The notes: generated by a model from the sequence alone, not told the origin. Counted from the stretch's first letter, positions 39,392 through 51,139 are shown. The stretch is 64,000 bases of DNA from Pristiophorus japonicus (GCF_044704955.1 NC_091987.1:117490001-117554000), one strand, 5' to 3'. Made by a program: numbers and translations.

Positions 39392-39792
39392 GTGCTGCAA
39401 ATGCACTTTCTGCGAATGTGGTGGTTTATGTTAGTTGTTTAAAACCAGAGAGAACCGCTGGAACGATGATCTGGTGAAGTCAATCTCTGCTGCATGAATT
39501 GTGAAAGAGCCGTAGACGTAGACCTGTGATCGCAGCCTTTAATATCAACCTTGATCCCGTTGTGAACCATGGGCCTGGAACATTAGTCCCATAATACAAT
39601 TGGGGGTCATTTGTAAATTCAGTGCAGGCGGGGAGCTTGCAGTCATGGATAGGCCACCTGTTATACACCTCAATTTCCTTATCCATTGGATTTGGTCGGT
39701 TTCTATGAAAGGCCACTTCTCCAGATTATCCCCTGGGCAGCGAAGACGGAAATTTAACACATCCGTCCTAACCACTAGTAATCTTTTTGCAG

Positions 39793-39840
39793 AGAATACC
39801 TTTACCATAACTCCCACATCATCTACATCTTTTGTGACAG
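39793..39840 (+). CDS. Micro-exon type C, 48 nt, (E)NTFTITPTSSTSFVT
   Basis: ctttttgcag|AGAAT...GTGACAG|gtaatt. Confidence 0.7.
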
Positions 39841-40406
39841 GTAATTGCAAATGGGAATTTCAAATTTTGAAAATGACAGTCCTACATTAATGGACAAAAT
39901 TTGATTGTTGTTTACGAGTCTGTACGAATGTATTTGTGCACCAATGCAGAATGATTGACAAATTCTGCCCCCTCTGTTCATTGGCCATCAACATCCCCAT
40001 TAAGGTGCACAAAGATGCACAGGGAATGACTGGACAGAGAGAGAACTGGTCAGATCCAATTGTCTTGTCACACAACCCATATCACTGTTGCTAGAACCTG
40101 TGAAAAACATCAGTATACTACTTAATTACACAAAACAAAGCAGTCAGCTGCTTGCAAATGGCATGTATTGACACCAGAGGGGGAAATGGTGCATCACGGT
40201 GTGTGCATAGGTTGTAGATGTGTGGAATAAACTCAGGGTAAACAGCCGTTCCACAGAACATCATCTGTGGCATAATTTTAATGGTGGTTAAGATCAGCGA
40301 CTTGGAACTAATATTAAAACTTATGAAATTTGCAATGTTTGTGCTGATTTGAATTCAAAATGGGCTTTAGACAAAAAAAGTCTAAATTTGATTGGGAATA
40401 GACATT

Positions 40407-41128
40407 GGGCTCAATTATCCCCAGTGATTTGCGCTGTTTTTTTTTGAGCAGGCTGCCTTTTTTGTCCTAAGTTTAAAAAAAAAACAGTTGCCCCAATCAA
40501 TTTGCACCAGCGTAACTGAGTTAGTAATGATTTTTTTAGGTTAGTATTTTTTTCAGGTGAAGGTGGTGTAACCTGCCACCTGTGCCAATTCTGGCCATTT
40601 AGGCAAGTTTCACCAGCTGAGAATTACTCCAGTTCTGCTTAGGCCAGCGTATGTGGCCTGTGTAGAAAAATCTTCTGGAGAGTTAAGAAAATCGGCGCAA
40701 GTAAGTAAATCAATGCAGCAGTTGTCCAGAGAGAGACAGGGAGACAGAGAGACAGAGTGACAGAGAGACCGATTCGGGCAGCGGACCGGGGAGGCCATTT
40801 GGGATCGGACCTTTGGCTGGGGACATTGGAGATAAGTTGCTGCAATACATTTCACTGTGTTTTTAAGTTGATGCAATGTGTTTTAATGTGTTGCGAGCTG
40901 GCTGTATGTTTCACTTTGCAGCCTCAGCTCACATTGTGTCCCTTGTTACCATGGTAGCCCGATCTTTCTGGCTCCACCCCCAAAACTAAAGGACAGGTTT
41001 GACCACGCCAAAATGAAGAAATCCAACGGGGAAATTTAGAACATTTTTTTTGGCGTACTTGGGCCCCCAAAACATGAGCATAACTCTTCAAGTACGGCAA
41101 AAAAATAGCTTTGGGGAAAATTGAGTCC
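40407..41128. mobile_element. Non-autonomous PIF/Harbinger-like MITE
   Basis: TIR gggctcaattatcccca / tggggaaaattgagtcc; flanks att/gtt; absent from other units. Confidence 0.8.
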
Positions 41129-41319
41129 GTTGTCTTCATTCATGGCTGTAACTTGATTGCAGAAACTGTTGGAGGAATAGTCTGAATCTATTAAACTCAT
41201 GAAAAATGTAACATTTTACAATATAATCCTTAAATCCTGCATCTGTGCCATAACCTGTGGACAGTTTAAAACATAATGTTGCTGACAGGGTGTGGCTGTT
41301 CATTGTCTGAGGCTTACAG

Positions 41320-41367
41320 AATACATCACTACTGTTAATGTGACATCTTCTCCACAGAACGCAACAG
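41320..41367 (+). CDS. Micro-exon type B, 48 nt, (E)YITTVNVTSSPQNAT
   Basis: ggcttacag|...GCAACAG|gtactt; polypyrimidine tract partly deleted. Confidence 0.55.
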
Positions 41368-42142
41368 GTACTTAAATTTCGCTCTTTGAAAATAATCTGA
41401 ATATAAGAAATCTGATGCTGAAATTGAGTGGTTAGGAACCACAGGAACCTGCGGGTCATCGAGTCATACAGGGCAGAAGGAGGGCAATGCAGCCCATTGT
41501 GCCTGTGCCAGCTCATTGAATATGCTATTCAATTAGTCCCACTAGTCTGCTCTTTCCCCATAGCCCTGCATGTTTCTCATTTTCAAGTGTACATCCAATT
41601 ACCTTTTCAAAGTTACTATCGAATCAGCTTCCACCACATTTTCAGGCGTTGCATTCTAGATCATAACAACTCACTGCGTGAAAATAATTCCTCCTCAGCT
41701 CCCCTCGAGTGCTGTTGCTAATTACCTTAAATTCATGACCTCAAGTTACCGCCCCTCCTGCAATAGAAGTATTTTCTCTTACTTACTCTAGAAAAAACAT
41801 TCAGAATTTTGAACACCTCTATTAAATCTCCTCTTAATCTTCTCTGCTCTAAGGAGGTTTGAATTGAGAAGGACCTTCAGCCCATTTGATCTCATCCTAA
41901 TAAAGTACCAACCGCACTCATTTTCCCATTGCTGAATTACTACACACATCATAACGCTAAAAGTGTTGGATTGGGAGACTGGGATTCAATCATCTGAGTT
42001 TCAGGGCAATACAATCGATTTACAGTTTTATATTATTAAATCAAAAACTAACTTAAGGTGAAATATTAATCATATACAACGCATGTATATACACATGCAA
42101 TATTAAAGTGTAACTGATTGTTGCTTCTATTAAATATGTTAA

Positions 42143-42179
42143 TTTCACTCAATGACATCTTCTCCACCAAACAAGACAG
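42143..42179 (+). pseudogene. Dead type A' micro-exon
   Basis: Acceptor position reads tgttaa and donor reads cag|atactg. Confidence 0.6.
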
Positions 42180-42585
42180 ATACTGGTAATGCACTTTCTG
42201 AGAATGTGGTGATATAAGTTAGTTGTTGAAAACCAGAGAGAATTGCTGGAATGATGACCCAGTAATTCCAATCTCAGTTGAATCAATAGTGAAAGTTGAA
42301 GTTGGATGCATCTCATAGACGTAGAGTGTGATTGCAGCCTTTTATCTCAACCTTGATGCTGCTGTGAACCATAGGCCTGGGACATTAGTCCCATAATACA
42401 ATTGGGGGTCATTTGCAAATTCAGTGCAGGTGAGGAGCTTGCAGTAGTGGATTGGCTACCTGTTATACACCTCAGCCGATTTTCTTAGCCACTAACATTG
42501 GCTGGGTTCTTTAAAAGGCCAGATTATCTCCTGTCATTTTCAAAATTTAATATGTCCATCCTAACCATTAGCAATCTTTTTGCAG

Positions 42586-42624
42586 AGAATACCTTTACCA
42601 TAATTCCCACATCTCTTGTGACAG
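42586..42624 (+). CDS. Micro-exon type C, 39 nt, (E)NTFTIIPTSLVT
   Basis: ctttttgcag|...GTGACAG|gtaatt; in-frame 9-nt deletion. Confidence 0.65.
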
Positions 42625-43376
42625 GTAATTGCAAATGGGTATTTGAGAATTTTAAATTTTGAAAATGACAGCCGTACATTAATGGACAAAGTTTGATTGT
42701 TGTTTACGAGACTGTATGAATGTACTTGTGCTCCATCTCACCATGCAGAATGATTGACAAATTCTGCCCCCTCTGATTATTGGCCATCTGCATCTCCATT
42801 AAGGTGCACAATGATGTACAGGAAAACTGGTCAGATCCAATTATCATGTCACTGTTGCTGGAATCTCTAAAAAACATCAAAATACTTCTTAATAACACAA
42901 AAAGAAGCTGTCGATTGCCTGCAAATGGATATATTGACACCAGAGGTGGAATCGGTGCATCACAGTGAGTGCATAGGTTGTAGATGTGTGGAAGAAACTC
43001 AGGGTAAACAGCCGTTCCACAGAACATCATCAGTGGCGCAATTTTAATGGGGGTTAAGATCAAAGACATAGAATTAATATTAAATCTTATGAATTTGGTT
43101 CTGTTTGGAATGATTTAAATTCAAAATGGGCTTTAAACACAAAAGTCTAAATTTGACTGGGAATAGACATTGTTTTTATTCCTGGCTGTAACTTGGTTAC
43201 AGAAACTGTTGGAGAGAATAATCTGAATATATTAAACTCATAAAAAATTTAACATTTTACAATATATTCCTTAAATCCTTCATCTGTGCCATAATCTGTG
43301 AACACTTTACAAAGTAATGTTGCAGACAGGTTGTGGCTGTTGATTGTCTGATCGAAATCTTGTACTTTCCTTACAG

Positions 43377-43424
43377 AAAACAGCACGACTGTTAACATCA
43401 CATCTTCTCCACAGAACACAAAAG
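43377..43424 (+). CDS. Micro-exon type B, 48 nt, (E)NSTTVNITSSPQNTK (last of the array)
   Basis: ttccttacag|...ACAAAAG|gtactg. Confidence 0.75.
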
Positions 43425-43521
43425 GTACTGAAATTGCGCTCTGAAAATATTCAGAGTATAAGAAAGCTGATACTGAAATTGAGTAGTTAGGAACCACAGG
43501 AAACTGCTGATGTGATTTGTC

Positions 43522-44010
43522 GTCGAATCGTACAGGACAGAAGGAGGCTATTCAGCCCATTGTGCCTGTACAGGCAATTTGAATGAGCTTTCCAATTAGT
43601 CCCACTCTGCTCTTTCCCCATAGCTCTGCAAATTTCTCCTTTTCAACTATACAACCAATTCCCTTTTGGAAGTTACTATTCAATCAGCTTCCACCACTTT
43701 ATCTGACAGTGCATTCTAGACCATAACAACTTGCTGTGTAAAATAATTTCTCCTCAGCTTCCCTTTGAATGCTGTTGCTAATGACGTTAAATCCATGACC
43801 TCCATTTACCGCCCCTCCTGCCAGTAGAAGCATTTTCTCCTAATTTATTCTAGCAAATCCGTTCTAAATTTTGAATACCTCTATTAAATCTCCTGTTAAT
43901 CTTCTCTGCTCCAAGGAGAAGAATCCCAGTTTGTCTAGTCTCTCCACATAATTGAAATCCCTCATTCCTGGTCCAAGGTTAAATTCCCTTCACAGTAATG
44001 GTGATCATAA
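43522..44010 (-). mobile_element. Old CR1 3' fragment; truncated copies follow every type B exon
   Basis: Similar to the CR1 3' end at 58670-59190; the ORF-track translation of the 5912..6253 copy resembles the CR1 C-terminus. Confidence 0.75.
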
Positions 44011-44369
44011 TGCTATCGGATTGTCATAAAACGCAAATGATTCACTAATTTCCTATAGAGAAAAAAATCTTCTGTCCTTACCTGTTCTGGCCTATATGTT
44101 AGTGCAGTCCCACAATGATGTGGTTGACTCTTAACTGCCCTCTGAAATGGCATTCAGTCGATTTAAACCACGACAAAAACTATAATAAGCATAAAATTAG
44201 AGGTAACGGGCAGAGAATGAGCTTCCTGGACTTGAGCGAGGGATTTCAGTTATGCGGAGATACTAGAGAAAGTGGGATTTCCCTCTAATTAGTTTTGGCA
44301 CCGTTAAATGCTGTTTGGGCCATTTAAAATATCACACACGAAAAGGCGTCGTGTGTTCCCTAGAACGCA

Positions 44370-44721
44370 TTGACCACCCGACATCGACCTAGGCATCGGA
44401 TACGGACACGGCAAAGGCACATCCAGCCCAGTCGACCCTGCAAAGTCCTCCTCACTAACATTTGGGGACTTGTGCCAAAATTGGGAGGGGCTGTCCCACA
44501 GTCTAGTCAAGCAACAGCCTGACATAGTCATACTCACAGAATCATACCTTTCAGCCTATGTCCCAGACTCCTTCATCATCATAGAAACATAGAAACATAG
44601 AAACATAGAAACATCATCCCTGGCTATGTCCTGTCCCACCGGCAGGACAGACCCATCAGAGATGGCGGCCCTGTGGTATACAGGTGGGTAGCAGTGGCTC
44701 TGGGAGTCCTCAACATTGACT
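44370..44721 (+). mobile_element. LINE fragment (APE endonuclease N-terminus; family uncertain)
   Basis: Translates in part as KQQPDIVILTESYL...IPGYVLSHRQDR..GG; interrupted by (catagaaa)4. Confidence 0.6.
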
Positions 44722-47700
44722 CATAGAAACATAGAAACACAGAAAATAGATGCAGGATTAGGCCATTCGGCCTTTCGAGCCTGCACCACCATTTAATATG
44801 ATCATGGCTTCAATACCCCATTCCTGCTTTCTCTCCATACCCTTTGATCCCTTTAGCCATAAGGGGCACATCTAACCCCCTTTTGAATATATCTAACGAA
44901 CTGGCCTCAACAACTTTCTGTGGTAGAGAATTCCACAGGTTCACAATTCTCTGAGTGAAGACGTTTCTCCTCATCTCAGTCCTAAATGGCTTACCCCTTA
45001 TCCTTGGAGTGTGACCCTGCTTCTGGACTTCCACAACATCAGGAATATTCTTCCTGCATCCAACCTGTCCAAAACCGTCAGAATTTTAGATGTTTCGATG
45101 AAATCTCCTCTCATTCTTCTAAATTCCAGTGAATATAAGCCTAGTCAATCCAGTCTTTCCTCATATGTCAGTCCTGCCATCCCGGGAATCAGTCTGGTGA
45201 ACCTTCGCTGTACTCCTTCAATAGCAAGAATGTCCTTCCTCAAATTAGGAGATCAAAACTGCACACAATACTCAAGGTGTGGTCTCACCAAGGCCCTGTA
45301 CAACTGCAGTAGGACCTCCCTGCTCCTATACTCAAATCCCCTCGTTATGAAGTCCAACATGCCATTTGCTTTCTTCACCGCCTGCTATACCTGCACGCCT
45401 ACCTTCAATGACTGATGTACCATAACACCCAGGTCTTGTTGCACCTCCCTTTTTACTAATCTGTCACCATTCAGATAATAATCTGCCTTCCTGTTTTTGC
45501 CACCAAAGTGGATAACCTCACACTTATCCACATTATTCTGCATTTGCCCATTCACCTAACCTGTCCAAGTCCCTCTGCATCCTCCTAGCATCCTCCTTGC
45601 AGCTCACACTGCCACCCAGCTTAGTTTCATCTGCAAACTTGGAGATATTACATTCAATTCCTTCATCCATATCATTGATGTATATTGTGAATAGCTGGGG
45701 TCCCAGCACTGAACCCTGCGGCACCCCACTAGTCACTGCCTGCCATTCTGAAAAGGACCCGTTTATTCCCACCCTTTGCTTCCTGTCTGCCAACCAGTTC
45801 TCTATCCATGTCAATACATTACCCCCAATACCATGTGCCTTAATTTTGTACACTAATCTCTTGTATGGGACCTTATCAAAAGCCTTTTGAAAGTCCAAAT
45901 AAACCACATCCACTGGTTCTCCCTTAACCACTCTACTAGTTACATCATCAAAAAACTCTAGAAGATTTGTCAAGCAGGATTTCCCTTTCATAAATCAATG
46001 CTGACTTGGACCGATCCTGTCACTGCTTTCCAAATGCGCTGCTATTACATCTTTAATAATTGATTCCAACATTTTCCCCACCACCGATGTCAGGCCAACC
46101 GGTCTATCATTCCCTGTTTTCTCTCTCCTTCCTTTTTTGAAAAGTGGGGTTACATTAGCTACCCTCCAATCCATAAGAACTGAACCAGAATCCATGGAAT
46201 GTTGGAAAATGACCATCAATGCATCTACTATTTCTAGGGCCATTTCCTTAAGTACTCTGGGATGCAGACTATCAGGCCCTGGGGATTTATCGGCCTTCAG
46301 TCCCTTCAATTTCCCTAACACCATTTCCTGACTAATAAGGATTTCCCTCAGTTCCTCCTTCTCGCTAGACCCTCGGTCCCCTAGTATTTTCGGGAGGTTA
46401 TTCGTGTCTTCCTTAGTGAAGAAGCAAAGTATTTGTTCAATTGGTCTGCCATTTCTTTGTTCCCCATTATGAATTCACCTGATTCTGGCTGCAGGGGACC
46501 TACATTAGTCTTCACTAATATTTTTCTCTTCACATATCTATAGAAGCTTTTGCAGTCAGTTTTTATGTTCCCTGCAAGCTTACTCTCATACTCTATTTTT
46601 CCCCTTCTAATTAAACCCTTAGTCCTCCTCTGCTGAATTCTAAATGTCTCCCAGTCCTCAGGTTTGCTGTTTTTTCTGGCCAATTTATATGCCTCTTCCT
46701 TAGATTTAACACTATCCCTAATTTCCCTAGTTAGCCAAGGTTGAGCCACCTTCCCCGTTTTATTCTTACGCCACACAGGGATGTACAATTGTTGTAGTTC
46801 ATCCATGTGATATTTAAATGTCTGCCATTGCCTATCCACCGTCAACCCTTTAAGTATCATTCTCCAGTCTATTCCAGCCAATTCACGTCTCATACCGTCA
46901 AAGTTTCTTTCTTTAAGTTCAGGACCTTAGTCTCTGAATTAACTGTGTCATTTTCCATCTTAATGAAGAATTCTACCATATTATAGTCACTCTTCCCCAA
47001 GGGGCCCCGCACAACCAGATTCCTAATTAATCCTCTCTCATTACACAAGACCCAGTCTAGGATGGCCTGCTCTCTAGTTGGTTCCTCGACATATTGGTCT
47101 CAAAAACCATCCCTTATACACTCCAGGAAATCCTCCTCCACCGTATTGCTACCAGTTTGGTTAACCCAATCAATATGTAGATTAAAGTCACCCATAATAA
47201 CTGCCGTACCCTTATTGCATGCATCCCTAATTTCCTGTTGATGCCATCCCCAACCTCCGTACTACTGTTTGATGGTCTCTACACAACTCCCACTCACGTT
47301 TTCTGCCCTTTGGTGTTTCACAGCTCTACCCATATAGATTCCACATCATCCACGCTAATGTCCTTTCTTACAATTGCGTTAATCTCCTCTTTAACCAGTA
47401 ATGCTACCCCACCTCTTTTTCCTTCCGGTCTGTCCTTCCTGAATATTGAATACCCCTGGATGTCCACAGCCTTGGTTACCTTGGAGCCATGTCTCCGTAA
47501 TCCCGATAATATCATATCCGTTAACAGCTATCTGCGCAGTCAATTCATCCACCTTATTATGAATGCTCCTCGCATTGAGACTCAGAGCCTTCAGGCTTGT
47601 TTTTTTGCACTCTTTGTCCTTTTAGAATTATGTTGTAATGTGGCCCTTTTTGATTTTTGCCCTTGATTTCTCTGCCCTCCACTCTTGCTTTTCTCCTTCC

Positions 47701-49078
47701 TACCTTTCGCTTCTGCCCCCTTTTTACTTCCCTCTGCCTCCCTGCATAGGTTCCCATCTCTCTGCCATTTTAGTTTAAACCCTCCCCAACAGCACTAGCA
47801 AACATTCCGCCTAGGACATCGATTCTGGTCCTGCCCAGGTGCAGACCATCCGGTTTGTACTGGTTCCACCTCCCCCAGAACCAGTTCCAATGTCCCAGGA
47901 ATTTGAATCTCTCCCCCTTGGACCATTCCTCAAGCCAAGTATTCATTTGAGCTTTTCCTACTCTGACTAGCACGTGGCACTGGTAGCAATCCTGAGATTA
48001 TTATCTTTGAGATCCTACTTTTTAATTTAAATCCTAGCTCCCTAAGTTCAGCTTGTAGGACCTCATCCCATTTTTTAACCTATATCGTTGGTACCTATAT
48101 GTACCACAACAGCTGGCTGTTCACCCTCCCCCTCCAGAATGCACTGCAGCTGCTCCGAGACATCCTTGACCCTTGCACCAGGGAGGCACCATACGATCCT
48201 GGAGTCTCGTTTGCGGCCACAGAATCGCCTATCTATTCCCCTTACAATAGAATCCCCTATCACTATAGCTATCTCACTCTTTTTCCTGCCCTCCTGTGCA
48301 GCAGAGCCACCCATGGTGCCATGGACTTGGCTGCTGCTGCCTTCCCCTGATGAACCATCTCCCCCAACAGTACCCAAGGTGGTGTATCTGTTTTGGAGGG
48401 AGATGACCGCAGGAGACCCCTGTACTACCTTCCACTGCTCTGCCTGATGGTCACCCATTCCCTATCTGGCTGTGTAACCTTTACCTGCGGTGTGACCAAC
48501 TCAACAAATGTGCTATTCATGACATCCTCAGCATCGCGGATGCCCCACAGTGAATCCATCTGCAGCTCCAGTACTGCAATGTGGTCTGTCAGGAGTTGCA
48601 GCTGGATACACTTCCTGCACATGTACTTGTCAGGGACACTGGAAGCGTCCCTGACTTCCCACATAGCACAGGAGGAGCATGACTCGGGTTGGGCTCTCCT
48701 GCCATGACTTAACCCTTAAATTAACCTATTTGGTAACAACGCCAAAGGTTTCTTACTGATAAGAAAAGAAAAAGATTAAATACTCACCAATCCACCAGCC
48801 AATCACTTACCCGCTTGACTGTAACGTCACACTTCGATTTCTTTTTGCTTCTTTGCTTACCTGCTCCAGCTGGCTTCTCCCGCCTTCTGGGCCCCTTTTA
48901 TGGGCCTCGCTGCTCCCAACCTGCTCCGCTGCGACATCCGCTGCTTCTCCCGCCTTCTGGGCCCCTTTCATGGGCCTCACTGCTCCCAACCTGCTCCGCT
49001 CCAACCTCCGCTGTTTCTCACGCCTTCTGGACCCCTTTTATGAGCTTCGCTGCTCCCGACCTGCTCCGCTCTGACCTC
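44722..49078 (-). mobile_element. Full-length decayed CR1 LINE (5'UTR, ORF1 zinc finger + SGNH esterase, ORF2 APE-RT)
   Basis: Tail at 44722; RT 45533..45991; IVIGDSIVRG in 48075..48458; CxxC motifs near 48600-48680; ATG at 48705; ~70-bp tandem repeats at 48870-49075. Confidence 0.93.
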
Positions 49079-49251
49079 CATTTTCATTTAAGTGATATTT
49101 TTGGAGCAGTAACACTTATTTATTATGTGATTAGTTTGTGAAGGGGACTTCTAATTTTACTTTGATCTATTGAAAATATTATTAGATAATGGAACTGCTG
49201 TGGGATATGTTATAAAATTCCTTCATCATTCCACTCTCTTTTTAATCTCAG

Positions 49252-49435
49252 AAAATGCACCAGAGACCACAACCAGCCAAGAGTTGAATGGAACTAACGT
49301 GGCTTCACTGGTGTCCCAACTGGATACTATTTTCGATATGGAGAGTATAGACGTGAAGCAAGCAACAACATTCATTAACATTATAAACAACCTTCTCAAT
49401 GCCTCCCCTGCCGCTGTTGCTCCATTTTCCGCAAG
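49252..49435 (+). CDS. ADGRG2: Adhesion GPCR exon, start of GAIN subdomain A: ENAPETTT...NNLLNASPAAVAPFSAR
   Basis: tttaatctcag|AAAAT...GCAAG|gtaatt; 184 nt, phase 1-2; resembles ADGRG2 'SRLLHSPPDMLAPLAQR' (recalled). Confidence 0.88.
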
Positions 49436-49444
49436 GTAATTTAG

Positions 49445-49790
49445 AATGACAACAACAACTTGCTTTTATAAAAGCTCCTTTCACATAGTAAAACATCCTA
49501 TGCGCTTCACAGGAACGTTAGCAAGCCAAATTTGGCACTGAACCATGTAAGGAAATATTAGAACAGGTGGCCAAAAGCTTGGTCAAAGTGATGGGTTTTA
49601 CGGAGCATCATAAAGGAGGAGAGAGAGAGGTAGCGAGTTGAAGAGGTTTAGGGATGGAATTCCAGATCTTGGGGCCCAGGCAGGTGAAGGCACAGACACA
49701 AATGGTGGGGTGAAGGAAGTCAGGATGCACAGGAGGCCAGAATTGGAGGAAGGCAGGAAGGTTGCAGGAGGTTACAGAGATAATGAGGGG
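49445..49790 (-). mobile_element. Decayed L2-like LINE 3' fragment
   Basis: 'aacttgcttttataaaagctcctttcacatagtaaaacatcctatgcgcttcacagg' resembles L2-type 3' ends; recognition only, no ORF. Confidence 0.4.
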
Positions 49791-50459
49791 TATCTATTGA
49801 ACTGTGTGAGTAGGAATCTATTTTATTCATGGACGAAGGCCTCAATATTTATGGGGAGGTAGGAAGAGAGAGGCAGGCAGGTTTGCTAGCTCCCTATATA
49901 TCTGAAAGGGGGCGGTCCTGAAAAATTAAACTGCCCGACTGCTGGCAATCTTGAAAGGCTGGCTGGGTGCCGGGTGGGAAAGTTTGTGGCACAAGGGGAC
50001 AATCCCCAGCAATCGAGAAGATTGGGGGGGGGCAATGACAACCAGGAGAGAGGGAGGGTGAGATTGCAGGGGGCATGAGAAATCGCAACAGGGAGAAGAG
50101 ATCAAGTCAGGTTTGCTTGAGGGGCCGAGGTAGCTCTTCTACTCTCCCTGGCCCACACTCAGTACTGGAAAAGCGCTTACCTGCAGGATCCGGTAGCTCC
50201 CGCCTCCCTTCAGCTGCCAGGTTTCCTGAGCCCTGGGAAACGGGCGTTTTTATTTGTAACACCTAAAAGCTCTGATTGGGTCCCCTTGATCACATGACTG
50301 ATTGCTGATTGGTCCCTATGGAGGATAAAACACACCCAGCAGCTTCTCTGGAATGTATAATTAGAACCGTCCTGCCTCCGTAATCAGCGACTTTGCAAAT
50401 TGTAATTCAAGCCATTCTGACTGCCGACTACGGACAGAATAGCACTCACTCTCACAGGT

Positions 50460-50890
50460 TAAGACCTTCTCCACCACCCCAAACAAATTCCTGCCCCACA
50501 CCCCTCATCCAAGTTTCTGACCTAATCCCCCCTAGCCCAAGTTCCTGACCTAATCCCCGACCCCAAATTGCTGACATACTCCTATCCACCCCCCTGACCC
50601 CCCGCCACCAGGTCAGAGTTCCTGGCCAAGTAATCCCCCCCAGCCCAAGTTCCTGATGTAATCCCCTGCCCTCCCAGCTCAAGTTGCTGACCTACTCCCT
50701 ACCCCCAGCACAAGTTTGTGACCTAATCACCTGCCATCGCCCAAGTTCCTGATGTTGTTCCGCGCCCCTGCAGCCGTGCCCCCCCGCCCCCGGCGCCCCC
50801 ACTCCCCCAGGTTCCTGACCTTCATCCCCTTCCCAAGTTGCTCCCCCACGGATTCATGCTCTTCTCCCCCAACAAGGTCCTGAACTTCTC
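50460..50890. repeat. C-rich minisatellite (ccaagttcctgacctaatcccc)n, degenerate
   Basis: About ten imperfect copies visible. Confidence 0.8.
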
Positions 50891-51139
50891 ACCCCCCCTC
50901 CCCTTGCCATAGAGGGGTCATTGTGTGTGTGTCACGAATTGTTAACAGCTTTATTGGGTATGAAGTAAATAGTGACCGTGTCGTGACTTCTGGATTTTGT
51001 CCCGTCTTGCCATCTGGATCACACTCTCCATAATCTATCATAAGGTGATCCCTTTTGATCTGGATCACATTCTTCTGCCATCCCCACTGTGCTCTCTGTA
51101 CACTTTACCCCCCCCACCCCCCGAATTCCTGACCCCCGA

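Larger units (their letters stand above)
690..43918 (+). repeat. Tandem array of ~2.1 kb and ~0.9 kb micro-exon-bearing units (9 B slots, 7 A slots, 7 C slots), interrupted by TEs
   Basis: Recurrent blocks such as 'attaaagtaccaactgcactcattttcccattactgaattac', 'tgtgacaggtaattgcaaatggg' and 'tacagaaaacagcact' appear in the same order. A-slot spacing 1021->3121 is 2.1 kb; B-B spacing 24442->25332 and 37659->38558 is 0.9 kb. Confidence 0.95.

Noticed and set aside
690-43918. Regularly spaced repeats as a CRISPR-like array or a dispersed TE family
   Set aside because: Units are kb-sized, collinear tandem duplicates with splice-site-bounded exons. There are no unique spacers, cas genes, TIRs or LTRs at unit ends.
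49170-49439. ORF-track starts for the GPCR pieces (49170, 57304, 62505, 63067) as stand-alone genes
   Set aside because: These are internal exons; the real boundaries are the splice sites listed in the features.
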